Shown here: positions 51,191-61,418 of the stretch, piece after piece
Numbering within the stretch: the first letter of the stretch is position 1
Layout of the letters: every line of letters starts with the position of its first letter
Source of the DNA: Marsupella aquatica
Taxonomy: Eukaryota; Plantae; Marchantiophyta
DNA: 64,000 nucleotides
Direction: 5' to 3'
NCBI GenBank assembly: GCA_973895155.1
Contig: OZ316894.1
Location: forward strand, 23,682,709 to 23,746,708
Notes under the pieces: model-generated
What the model was told of the DNA's origin: nothing
What the model saw: the letters and a program-made list of their open reading frames with translations, nothing else
The model's database searches: none
Translations under genes and position numbers: made by a program

Positions 51191-54100
51191 AAGAGGGGTA
51201 AAGTTAAATGTATGGGATTGTGATAAGTGCAAATATATTGTTATCAAGGGTTTCACAATTATAAAGTTTCTTAGAAAAGGTGCAGGAAATGAACAGGAAA
51301 TGAACAGGAAATGTCATGCACTTGTGTATTGTGCACTTATAGAGAGTCAGCGTGTCCTGTAGTGGGGTTGTCAAAGTGACATCAATGAATGGCAAAGCTA
51401 TACAGTGAGGCTGTCAAAGTTGGTGACAGCCAATAATGAAGGCAGTGTCAAGAAGCTCAATCATAGGACGTACTTGTTTACTGTATATCAAGCAGCTTAA
51501 TATTTAAGGTTTATGGAATGTCACCTTTTGTGAAGGAGAAGATGCTACAAATATTCCTGAACTGTGTTACTACATTATTTTCTGACCCCCTCCAGTTTTC
51601 TTAAATCTTCCTAGATTTAGGAATGACAGTTAGATTCTGGCTGATACGGTGTGTGGCTAGGTATGACAATATGGAATACAGAAAGGCTAGTTGCTACAAC
51701 TTGTTGGAGAGTTGGAATCTAGTGAATTTTTGCCACAAAAAAATTCCTGGTATCAAGAGCTCTGAAGGAGGGGCATGCAATTGTAGAGGTTCCAAGGGTC
51801 ACTTTGGACAACTCACAGCCCAAGGGCATGGGCAAGGGAGAAAGGGTAGGTCCTTGGCGCTATTGAATTGCATCCTGGAAAGGTCTTCCTAATTTTGCCT
51901 ACTTAGAGAGACTATCAACAAATCTAGATCCAGAGTTGTGTCAAAGAATCGGATGAAATGAAGGATGATCATTGCTGTTAAGCCAAGAAATGAGTAAACC
52001 CTAGAGTTCTTGCTCCAACACAGATTAACTCATGAAACTCTCGTCAAAATCCTGGTCACTGCTGTGACCTCGAAGTTGTTTCCTTCCCCTCCAACAGGAC
52101 TGTCATGACTTAGAGCAAAGCACATCCCAAAGCCCTTCTGGCAGTTCCAGCCTCTATCCTCAGTAGTTAAACTGAGAGACAATCAACTCACCTGGATCTC
52201 TGCCAAAATAAGCGTCAACTAACCCCGAATTGGCAGCTCAACTCACCCTGGATTCTGTGCAGAAATAACACTAGACTCAACCCAATTTGGCGACATTAGG
52301 GATAACTTTAATATCTAGGATCCAGATTACCTTACGCAACAGTGCGTAAGCACACCACAATAGATTTTACGTGGACCTCTGAGGAACAGCTACGAGAGAT
52401 CAAATTGCTGTGGCACTGAGAAGGGCATATTGGAGCTTGTAAAAGTTGGGAGAAAACACCAAATTGTTGTTCGTGTTATGGAATCAACTATGGAGCGTCT
52501 CTCTCAGTTAGAAGCTCAGTGTCTATGAAATAGTTATCGAGATTCAGGATACAAGACCTGTACTACGAGCTCGTGTTAATGTCATTCCTTGTTCCTTTCT
52601 TTCCTTTGTAATTTTACAGGGCTTTGGAGACCATTGTTCCTTTAGAATCAATGTCTATTGTAGTTGTTCTACTGTTTGAGGACGCCACTGAGACCTGTAT
52701 AAGTAGAGGCCGAAGAGGCCTAGAAAGAAGGAAGATCGACGGACTAAATTGCTAACCTAAATCTAACAGCTACTCTTCTCTGACTACCGTAAATTAAGCA
52801 TAAGGGACAACTGAGATGCGGCACCTGACCTACCTAAAATCCTCAAGCTACACAATGTAACAGTTTTATCTCTCACTTAGGTTACGAGTATCACGCAGGT
52901 CGTAACAGGATCCTCCTCCTTGAATTCCCCAGACGATGCAGGACCTCTACCTCGAGCTCGTGGAAACGTATTTGCTGTAGCGTAACGAGAACAATGTTTG
53001 GGCAGGCTTTTGAGGGAGTGAGGAAGGAACTTCATGCTTTCGACACGCTGGAACTTAGGAAGTTGAGGGTCTTCAGGTAATATTCATTTGTTGTGAAGAG
53101 CCAAAACAATCCATTTCTACGGAGGATCCATTTTCAAATTGTGTCCGCAGAAGAAGGTGGAATCTTTCCGTAAAGATAATGCAACAATTGATTGGTCTAA
53201 TAGACAAAGATAAACACATTGCACAAAAGCTATCCAGCTCTCGGTGACCAATGTTCACCAGATGTCTCTGTAAACTGTGCACCCACAGCTTAGAAAGCTC
53301 TGTCAAGGAGCTACGACTCACAGTTGAGAAACAGTTCACATCTGGACAGATTGAAGTACTTAAAGGGCCGCCTGATTCGCAAGAGCAGGGATGCAGGATG
53401 AAGACAGCTAAAAGGTGCTGCTGGTGTATCCGGGTGAATAGTTAAGAAGAGAGAACGATTGAAGATCACAGCAATTGATCTTAATTAAAAGAGAAATCCA
53501 AACTACCAGAGAGTTCCTAATCACTCACGTCTTCGTGCTCTGTTGTTATGGATTTGATCTTATACGGTACGATGAGTTTCTATGGAGACTCGGTCAAAAG
53601 AATTGCATACATCTTAGATGCAATCTAGTGTGTGCCATGGTCTCAAAATAAAAGCTAGTGCAGAAAAGAAGGCTTCTGCAAGATTATGTTGCTTTACTTA
53701 GGATCCGCGCAGAACCAGGCAATTTGTCGCCTATTCAATATATCTGGAAGTGTCAGACATCCACCGAAGTGTTCGCTGAAAAGCAAGGTTGCAATCAATC
53801 TTGAGTCCAGTGATGTCAGCAAAGTTGCTGCCCATACCTACACAGGCTACGAGCATCGTAAAAAAACGGCTACGAGCATGGCCATTCTCAACCTTTCCGT
53901 GCACCTTTTCGTCAAATTGTTCGTTTCTAACATGCAAAAGATCAGGAGACAGGACCCACCTGTTCGAAAGGAGGACATAAGCATTGAAGGAAGTGTTTTC
54001 CCACCTGCCGCAATTCGAACGTGGGGTGTGTTTGTACTGTGCTACACAGTTAGAAAAATAGACATGACATTAGTTGCTGAGATGCAGCTCATAACTAGCC

Positions 54101-55004
54101 TGGGGTCTTGGCTAGCAGGAACGGCGTTTGATCACTGTTCCAAATTCTAAGAAAGGGGCCCACCGTCATATTTCCTCCGGCCATAATGCAAGACGGGACG
54201 ATATGGTGGTCACAGCAGCAGTTCATTGCATTGAATTAGGATGACTGGAGCTGACGTCGACGAACGCTCAATTCCCTTCTCATTCTCTGCAGATTGATAT
54301 ATAGTAGACCGATGTGGTTGTCAAGACCTTGGCGTTGATCATTAGCTAAGTATTGAGGCCCCGACCAGCTCACAATATTTTCCCGAGACAAGAAATTTGT
54401 GGTGGGACAGCTTCTGTGCCAAGCCGGCACCTCCTTTGACACAAGAATGACTTGTCACACATTCGGCAAGACGACGAAGCTGTATGCTTCTAAGATACTC
54501 TTTTCCAGTCAGTGTATATTTCAGTCGAGAGAACATCGTTTGCAAGAGCAGTTTATCGTGTAAAAGTACACTGCTGTGCTAGTGGTGACGAATCGGCAAC
54601 GCCTGGACTAGTCCATGTGAAGAGTTGCCCGGTCAGCATCCTGTAGGACTGAAGCAATGATGTCTGGCTCTATAGGAGCAGGGTAAGCGGCCCTCTCATT
54701 CTTTGAAACGAAGAAAATATTACGAGGTACGTCAGTTATAGCAATCAACAAGCTCTGCCGATTCACGTTTCTTTAGACCTGCCTATCATAAGAGGCAGTT
54801 AAAAATCCACTTTTAAAACATACCTGAATCCAGAAAGAGCCAGCAAGGATATTGACAAGCTCTGAGGCTATGACAAAGTGCACGATGGAATTATGCAAAT
54901 AACGCTTGATTCTTATTATTGATCAGAGCGGACGAATAGAGTGACCCCGTTCAAAATTCCACTTATGAGGAACTGCTGGGGTGCCGTAGTGCAAAATCAG
55001 TGAG

Positions 55005-55590
55005 TTAAGGTCTAAGAATTTCTTTAAGAACTACACTTAGGTCCTGTGCAGCCTTCGAGACATCCCCACCACGTCTGCAAACATAAGGATCAATGAGTTT
55101 GAATGGAGCCCTTACGATCTCACCAGACAATACGAAGGCAACCAACCAACCGAAACAAACACCATTTGCGCCAAGCCTAGTCTGTAAGCCAACCAGTAGC
55201 ATCCCTCTACTTCCAAGACACGCGCGGACAAGAAAGTTATGGTCATGCAAGAAGCCAGTAAGAGTGGTGCAGTTGAAGTCTAAAGAAATCTACCTGCATG
55301 TTGGTCAAACGTGATTGGATGATGGTAGTCATGGTATGGTGCTGTTGCATTAACTTATCGATGAGCTCTTCGCCCGGCACTAATAAGAGTGGTGCAGTTG
55401 AAGCCTAAAAAACCCTACCTGCATGTTGGTAAAAACGTGATTGCATGACGCTAGTCATGGGATGGTGCTGTTGCATTAACTTCTGGATGACCTCTTCATC
55501 CGACACTAATAGTGTTCCATGCCCATTTGACTGATCCTCTACACGCTTTACCGTGTCAGGTAGTATTGAAGATGATTCAACCAGGACTTG
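55005..55590 (-). pseudogene. Katanin p80 (WD40 subunit B1) C-terminal gene fragment: duplicated con80-start exon plus last exon, middle exons missing
   Basis: SDEEVIQKLMQQHHPMTSVMQSR and EELIDKLMQQHHTMTTIIQSRLTNMQ|GTAG (125-bp duplication, splice donors kept), plus TTTGCAG|RRGGDVSKAAQDLSVVLKEIL*, resemble the start and end of the plant katanin con80 domain. Confidence 0.7.
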
Positions 55591-56448
55591 ACACAGGATA
55601 TCGTGAAACAAAACCAAACAGCAAGAGAATACTCTTCAATTATTCTTCAAGCATCTCTCAAGAAAACACACTGCGTGCCTGGTTACCAAGGGAAATGCTG
55701 CAAGGTTGAGGAAATACCACAAAGCAAGATAATTGGTTACGTTAGAAAGACGCTTGGAGGGAAACATTTGAACTACTCGTCGGGTTTAAGGAGTCTGACA
55801 TTACCTTAGACCTCAAAAACTACAACAATGTGAATAGATTCGACCGATCATATCGGAAATTATATAAAATCAGCTGAAATCCAATCCTGAAGGTTTCAAC
55901 CACAATTTTTCGCCTGTCTTTGCGTCTCTACAACATCATGCCTCTCCTTTCGACCAAATTGAGCAAAGAGTCCTTGCATTCTAGTGGCCTAACTCGACAT
56001 TCATGAGATAGCAATTAAAGAAACTCTTCATAGATAGGGCCAAGAACCATCGGATCAATTCACTTAGGGCAAAAGAGTTCAAAGAGGCTTGCACTTTCAT
56101 GAACCATTCGTGCTTCTGAGGCAGCGACCAAGGATGAGTCTTACTCAGAAATGGCCCATTGGAACAGGCATTCGCATGTTTAGCAGTGGTGTCAATGTCG
56201 AGGAGCTAGACCTCCAAGAAAATAATCCACTGAGGACAACTGACAAACGACGGAACCTCAACAGTCTCCTAGAAAATGGCCGACAATTGTTAATTGACAG
56301 AGCAGCACTTGCACATAATAAATTTACAGAGGGGCTGGATCGTTTCCAAAGACGGTTGCCAAGAGCTTCTCCCGCAAATTGGCATTACATGAGATTGGAT
56401 TCTCAAAGCAACAATTCTTCCAGCGTAAGGAGTCGAAGTGACCGATCA

Positions 56449-57630
56449 AACAAATCAGTTGGCTCAGTTTAGGGTTTGGGTACCAAGATACCTGATATTG
56501 CTTCCCATGAATCGATCGACTCAACTCCACCATTTCAACGCCACCATCAGCACATCTACGACCAAGGAACTGAATCAGTTTCTTCTAGCTCTCAAATCCG
56601 TTGGCCAGTTTGCAGTTCAGGTGCCAAGATACTCGATCTTCCTTACAGGAATCGTTCGATTCAATTCCACACAGCAAGAATAACATCGATACTCCCCAGA
56701 AGTCAATCAATTTCACAGAGACAATTTGGGACTGGTGCGGAATGCATTTCTCGTGCTGATGGATCAGATTCCATTGGGAGAGATCGGACAAATCGATTGC
56801 CTGAATGTAGGGTTTCTGTGCCAAGATACTTGACCCTGCTTCGCAAGATTCGATTTATTCAATTCCACACAGCGACGATTACACCGATCCATCTACTTGA
56901 TATCCTTCCCAACAATCGATCAATTCAATTCCGCACAGCTACGATTAACATCGACCCATCTACTAGATTATCCTTCTCAGGATTCGATCGATTCAATTCC
57001 ACACAGCAACAATAACATCGATACTCCCCAGAAATCAATCGATTCAATTCAAGAGACAATAACATCGATCCTCTACATAATTAATACTCCTTCCCAGGAA
57101 TAGACCGATTCAATTTCCATGACGACGGAAAAATCAATTCTCTTCCACGTAAGGAATAGCATAAAGTTTCTTCTGTCACTGGTGGAATGAAATTGATGTG
57201 CTGAAGGGTGCTAACGGGGATCACCCTTTACAGATTAGATTGGGCTCCCTACATACTCTTTCCCAGGAAGCCAACGCCACAATTCAACGGCGACGAGAAC
57301 GCATCCACGAGGGAGGTACTGCATCATTCTTTTGGTGCTCATGCCCGGACGCAACTCTTGCGCTCATAGATCGTCCTGTTCCGATTACAGACACGAAGTA
57401 GGGGTTCGACAGGAAAGTCGTTTCGATTCAATAAATTCGTAGTAAATCAGGAGTCCAAGAGAGACACAGGATATGTCACTCACCTAGCACTGGGCTGCGT
57501 TCGATGTTCAGGTGCCCAAGAACTTGATGCTCCATCACAGAAAAAACCCATGCAATTCCACTCAGCTGCGTTAACATCGATTCCTCAAAGACCGATTTCC
57601 ACGAGCATTTTCTGGAGCTCATGCGGAATA
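56449..57630. repeat. Array of degenerate, variable-length repeats 3' of the U2 gene
   Basis: GT(A/G)CCAAGATAC recurs at ~56480, 56620 and 56820, with a weaker copy at ~57512. CAATTCC(A/G)C(A/T)CAGC..AACATCGA recurs at ~56662, 56860, 56926, 56994 and 57553. Confidence 0.7.
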
Positions 57631-57682
57631 TGAAGTGACAGTGGACATCCTTTTTAAATTACATTGGTCTTCCGTGAGGAAG

Positions 57683-57878
57683 GTGGGCTGCGCCTGCCTT
57701 GGAGGTAGTGCGATACCAAGGCGACACTGGCAGGACCGAGATAGCAAGCTACCCCGTTGGCCCTGCACCCGAGAGAAATTAGATTAATATCGTGAGGGTC
57801 GATGACCCTCGTATCAGATATTAAACTGATAAGAACAGATACTACACTTGATCTTAGCCAAAAGGCCGAGAAAGGTAT
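57683..57878 (-). ncRNA. U2: U2 spliceosomal snRNA gene (~196 nt)
   Basis: The minus strand begins ATACCTTTCTCGGCCTTTTGGCTAAGATCAAGTGTAGTATCTGTTCTTATCAGTTTAATATCTGATA, with the branch-site pairing sequence GTAGTA intact. Stems IIb (GAGGGTC/GACCCTC), III and IV (GCCTTGG/CCAAGGC, 13-nt loop) can all form. Confidence 0.97.
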
Positions 57879-57902
57879 GCATTAGCAGTGTCACTCGCGA
57901 GA

Positions 57903-57950
57903 TTAAGTACCTGGGGAGAGTGGTGAGTGATCTCCCCTGGGCTTATGGTC
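57903..57950 (-). promoter_or_regulatory. Putative snRNA promoter: USE-like GACCATAAGC (about -72 to -63) and TATA-like TACTTAA (about -31 to -25)
   Basis: Positions and ~32-bp spacing fit plant Pol II snRNA promoters. The sequence differs from the angiosperm USE RTCCCACATCG. Confidence 0.5.
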
Positions 57951-58662
57951 TTTTCGTTTCAAGGTCTCTCACGTACCAATTCCCGTGACCAGACCTACAC
58001 TACAGTACCGTTGTTCATTTCACCTTCCTATCGTCATTACGATACAATAGGCAAAGCTAGAGTAATTCCATTACACTCCCTGACGCCTCACCACAGTGTT
58101 ATGGTTTAGACGAACAAAAGGAGCCAGTTGTGGATATTAGAGGAATCGCTCATGGGAGGGAAAGAGAAGCCAGTCAACTCGAATTCTAAACGAATCCCCC
58201 AAACCAAGAGAAGTTAAACCACAATTCAATGTATATTCGAGTGAGTGGTCTTATCAACTCTACATAAAGTGTATATTTAGATGGCAATCCTAACTGGCCC
58301 GGACCAAGCCCTTAAGTGGTTTAAAGTTGGGGGGCATAACCTCTAGGGTGAGGCCACAGAACCTTGTGCCAGCTTGATATGGATATGACTCCCATATTGC
58401 CATTCACATAAGTCATTGGCATTGTATACAGTTGCAGCTCCAATTAAGTTTGTAAAAAGGAACCAAATAGTTCAAATGTGGCAATTCCAACAGGCAATTC
58501 CAACAAGACTTTCAATTAAGTTTGTAAAAAAGGGACAATGTAGTTGAAATCAATCCTTTAGCTATTCAATAATTTTTACTACTGACAGAAAAACCAAAAT
58601 TTTCTTATGTCACGTTTGGAAACTGAAACAGACTAGCCTGACTATCCATTTTTTGAATAGGA

Positions 58663-58769
58663 TAATGTCCTTGTTAGAGGGCATTGTGGGATATAATGCC
58701 CTGAAAAATGAGGGCAGTAGCCCGAGTTTTGAGGGAATTATTCTCATAATGCCCGTAACTAGGACATTA
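58663..58769. repeat. 107-nt imperfect palindrome (MITE-like or hairpin RNA locus)
   Basis: The left arm TAATGTCCTTGTTAGAGGGCATTGTGGGATATAATGCCCTGAAAA aligns with the reverse complement of the right arm, TAATGTCCTAGTTACGGGCATTATGAGAATAATTCCCTCAAAA. Confidence 0.8.
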
Positions 58770-60659
58770 ATGTACGTAAAAACTTGAGTGACTTAATAGA
58801 AATGAGGATAAAAAAGTGTCGACCCTCAATGACAGCAGCTTACCAAAGTTTCTTCAAGTAATGAAGAAGAGCTGGCCGTTTCACCATAGCCCTCAACCCT
58901 TGATGACAGCAACTCGCCTCTTCACAGACGACCGGCCTAATCTATCAACTCTCTTCACTTGCAGCCCCTACTGCACTGACTCTCTTCAAAGGTGGCCCTG
59001 TTTTCAGATGCGATGCACTACTCCCAACACTATTCCACCCCCATCCCCATTTTCACCCCCCCCCCCCCCCCCCCCTTCACCCCCACCCGTAATTTGATAT
59101 TGCCCTTTAAGTCCTTGGACATAAACAGGGACCAAGACAATAAAGAATCCTGCAATAACAATGATGATATACTATTTCTGGTTGATTTTTGCCCTATCTG
59201 TGTTTTTGTGCACTCTACTTTTCTGTTTTGTCCCCATTGAAAGTTCCTTTCTAGAGGCTTCACTCTACATACTAGCACTCAAAAGTAGCTTTTTATTGTG
59301 CTTTATTAGTAAGATGCTATGCTTCCAAGACCAAATTGAAATGCTAGTGGATAAGAAAGAGTATAGGTTTGTGATAATTAGAGTAACTGGTATTAATTTC
59401 TTTGTGCGTATGTTAGGCCATGACTAGACTGACTGGAGGGGGACCCAAGAGTTTGGAAATTTTGATGCAAATGGTGCTTGTTTGCAAGTAAGAAATTTGT
59501 GTATCCATATACAAGTTGAAAACTTGGTCACTACCCTAAAGCACAAGAATATAAATAGGATATTTTGGGGCACAAACAACCATTGCATTGTCACAGCTAA
59601 AAGAACTAAACACTCATACTTTATCTGCATACAGTCTTAGTTTGTATTTTATGTGTTCAACTTCACCTGATAGTCCATCTCGTTTGTACTGTTTCCATGG
59701 TCCAAGCTCTTCAGCAAGTGCCATAACTATGCACAAATTTTGCAAGCTCTAACTAATAGGCATCCACCATAAAGTCTTCAACTTTCAAACCTAGCTACAG
59801 TAGCCTTTGTTTACTTCATTCATGTACTCAATTCAAAATTGTTGCCCAGTTTTGACACTGTCTTGTTCTGCCATGGTATTGGACTGGTTTTACTAACAAA
59901 TGGGAAACAGTTCAATTCATGGATGTTTACATGAATCAATTGAGTAAAGTGTTGGCTTATAGCTAAAGATGCTTTGAGCTTCAGGGTCCATATAGTTTGA
60001 CTTTGGATTGAGTTTTATTGAGACGATCACAAAGTCAAAGGAGCTAATAATGTCAATCTTGGCAAGGGCAGGGAAAGACAAGTACCCTATTTGTTTTGGT
60101 TATTAAAAGGGAATTAATCAAAATGAGGTTTCATTATTGCGCTGGTCCCAAAGTTCTTCACTAGCCTGATGAATCTGAGCAGTTTGACAAGGATGGATGT
60201 CATCAAGGTTGTTCTAACTAAATAGAAGGAGTTTGTACATTTGCAAGTTCAAACCTGGTTGTACAAACTAAATAGAAGGAGTTTATACGTTTTGCAAATT
60301 CAAACCTACCAAATTGTTTGGAAAACATGTAGAGTATTCCGCATCTTTTGCAGACCTGATGTTGCTGACAAATACTTCTTTTTTAGATTTATTTGTTGCT
60401 GGTGAGACTTGACAAGCTCCTTAGTCAGCTAGAAAACCATTGAACACCAACTTGTACAAGGAAAGATCGTGAGTGTCCTGACTGCATGAGTTCCTTTATT
60501 GCATAAGAAGTTTGTTGACACTAGTATTCCTTTTGCACCAAGTTGAGAGCATACAGATTCAAGCAGAGTTGGATTTCTTGTGGTGAGCACATTTAAGATG
60601 AAAAATTGTTCTACGCAATGAGAACGTCCATGATTGTTGACAATTGTTTTACAACTAAG

Positions 60660-61418
60660 TTACTCAGGCACTGATTGCAACCTTGAGCCTAAGGCACAAC
60701 TCATACTTGTCAATAATGGGGATGAGCATTGTAATGACCCCAGCACAGACCCTCCAGGTGAGCATGGCACAGACCCAAGTCCAAGGTCCCTAGTCCCTGG
60801 TCTGGAATTAGTGTGCACAGAGCCAGCCACTTTAGAACAAGATGTTGATAGTTTGGTTCTAGAAGTATCTAATTTGGTGGTGGAGAGGGAAGGAGTGTGA
60901 CCAGTGGAAGCCACATTTGTTGCAGAGAGCCTCCTCATTTCCCCGGTGGGTGCAGTTTTTGGTCGTACGTTCTCATTTTGGGGTGCTCCTGCTTTAGTGT
61001 TATCTCCCCTGAAGCAGCTCCTAGCGTTATTACAAGCACTTGGAAGGCGACAAGGGTAACAAGCCTGGATGTCACCCAACTCAGTCCGCTTCCCCTGGAC
61101 CCTCACTACTTGTCCATTGACTGATGCTGTTTGGCAAGCATGAGTGGGAATGGCGTGCTGCAAGTAAGCAGTGATATCCGTCTGCTTCTTTTCAAATGGC
61201 CCAATTGGACTCTCCCGAAGAAAATTGGTAGAGTCCACAAAGAAGATTCGTGTGATGTCACTATGCTTGACCCCAAAGTACCTAGTTTCTCTATGTGGGT
61301 CACTCTTCTCTTGCTGCAGTTGTACAGTTGTTGATGTTGGTGCCCTTGCCCTGGGCCGCTGCTTGAGAGATAGTTTGGGCCGACGAATTACTTTTCCCTT
61401 TGGCTTTGGAGTCCACAT
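60660..61418 (-). CDS. Orphan 252-aa ORF, basic and Ser/Thr-rich; possible gene or pseudogene fragment
   Basis: The long open frame has higher GC than its AT-rich flanks and no recognisable domain. In-frame TAG TGA lie ~22 codons upstream of the ATG. Confidence 0.35.
   Translation of the reverse strand: MWTPKPKGKVIRRPKLSLKQRPRARAPTSTTVQLQQEKSDPHRETRYFGVKHSDITRIFFVDSTNFLRESPIGPFEKKQTDITAYLQHAIPTHACQTASVNGQVVRVQGKRTELGDIQACYPCRLPSACNNARSCFRGDNTKAGAPQNENVRPKTAPTGEMRRLSATNVASTGHTPSLSTTKLDTSRTKLSTSCSKVAGSVHTNSRPGTRDLGLGSVPCSPGGSVLGSLQCSSPLLTSMSCALGSRLQSVPE

Noticed and set aside
52400-54750. Possible LRR-like or other pseudogene remnants
   Set aside because: The fragments are too degraded to assign without a profile search.
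44549-57878. Idea that the RLE element targets U2 snRNA (Utopia-like)
   Set aside because: The element is ~11 kb from the U2 gene, no U2 sequence flanks it, and the U2 gene is uninterrupted.
59056-59075. Run of 20 C (poly-Pro ORFs, possible G-quadruplex)
   Set aside because: Simple homopolymer of unreliable length; the ORFs over it are spurious.
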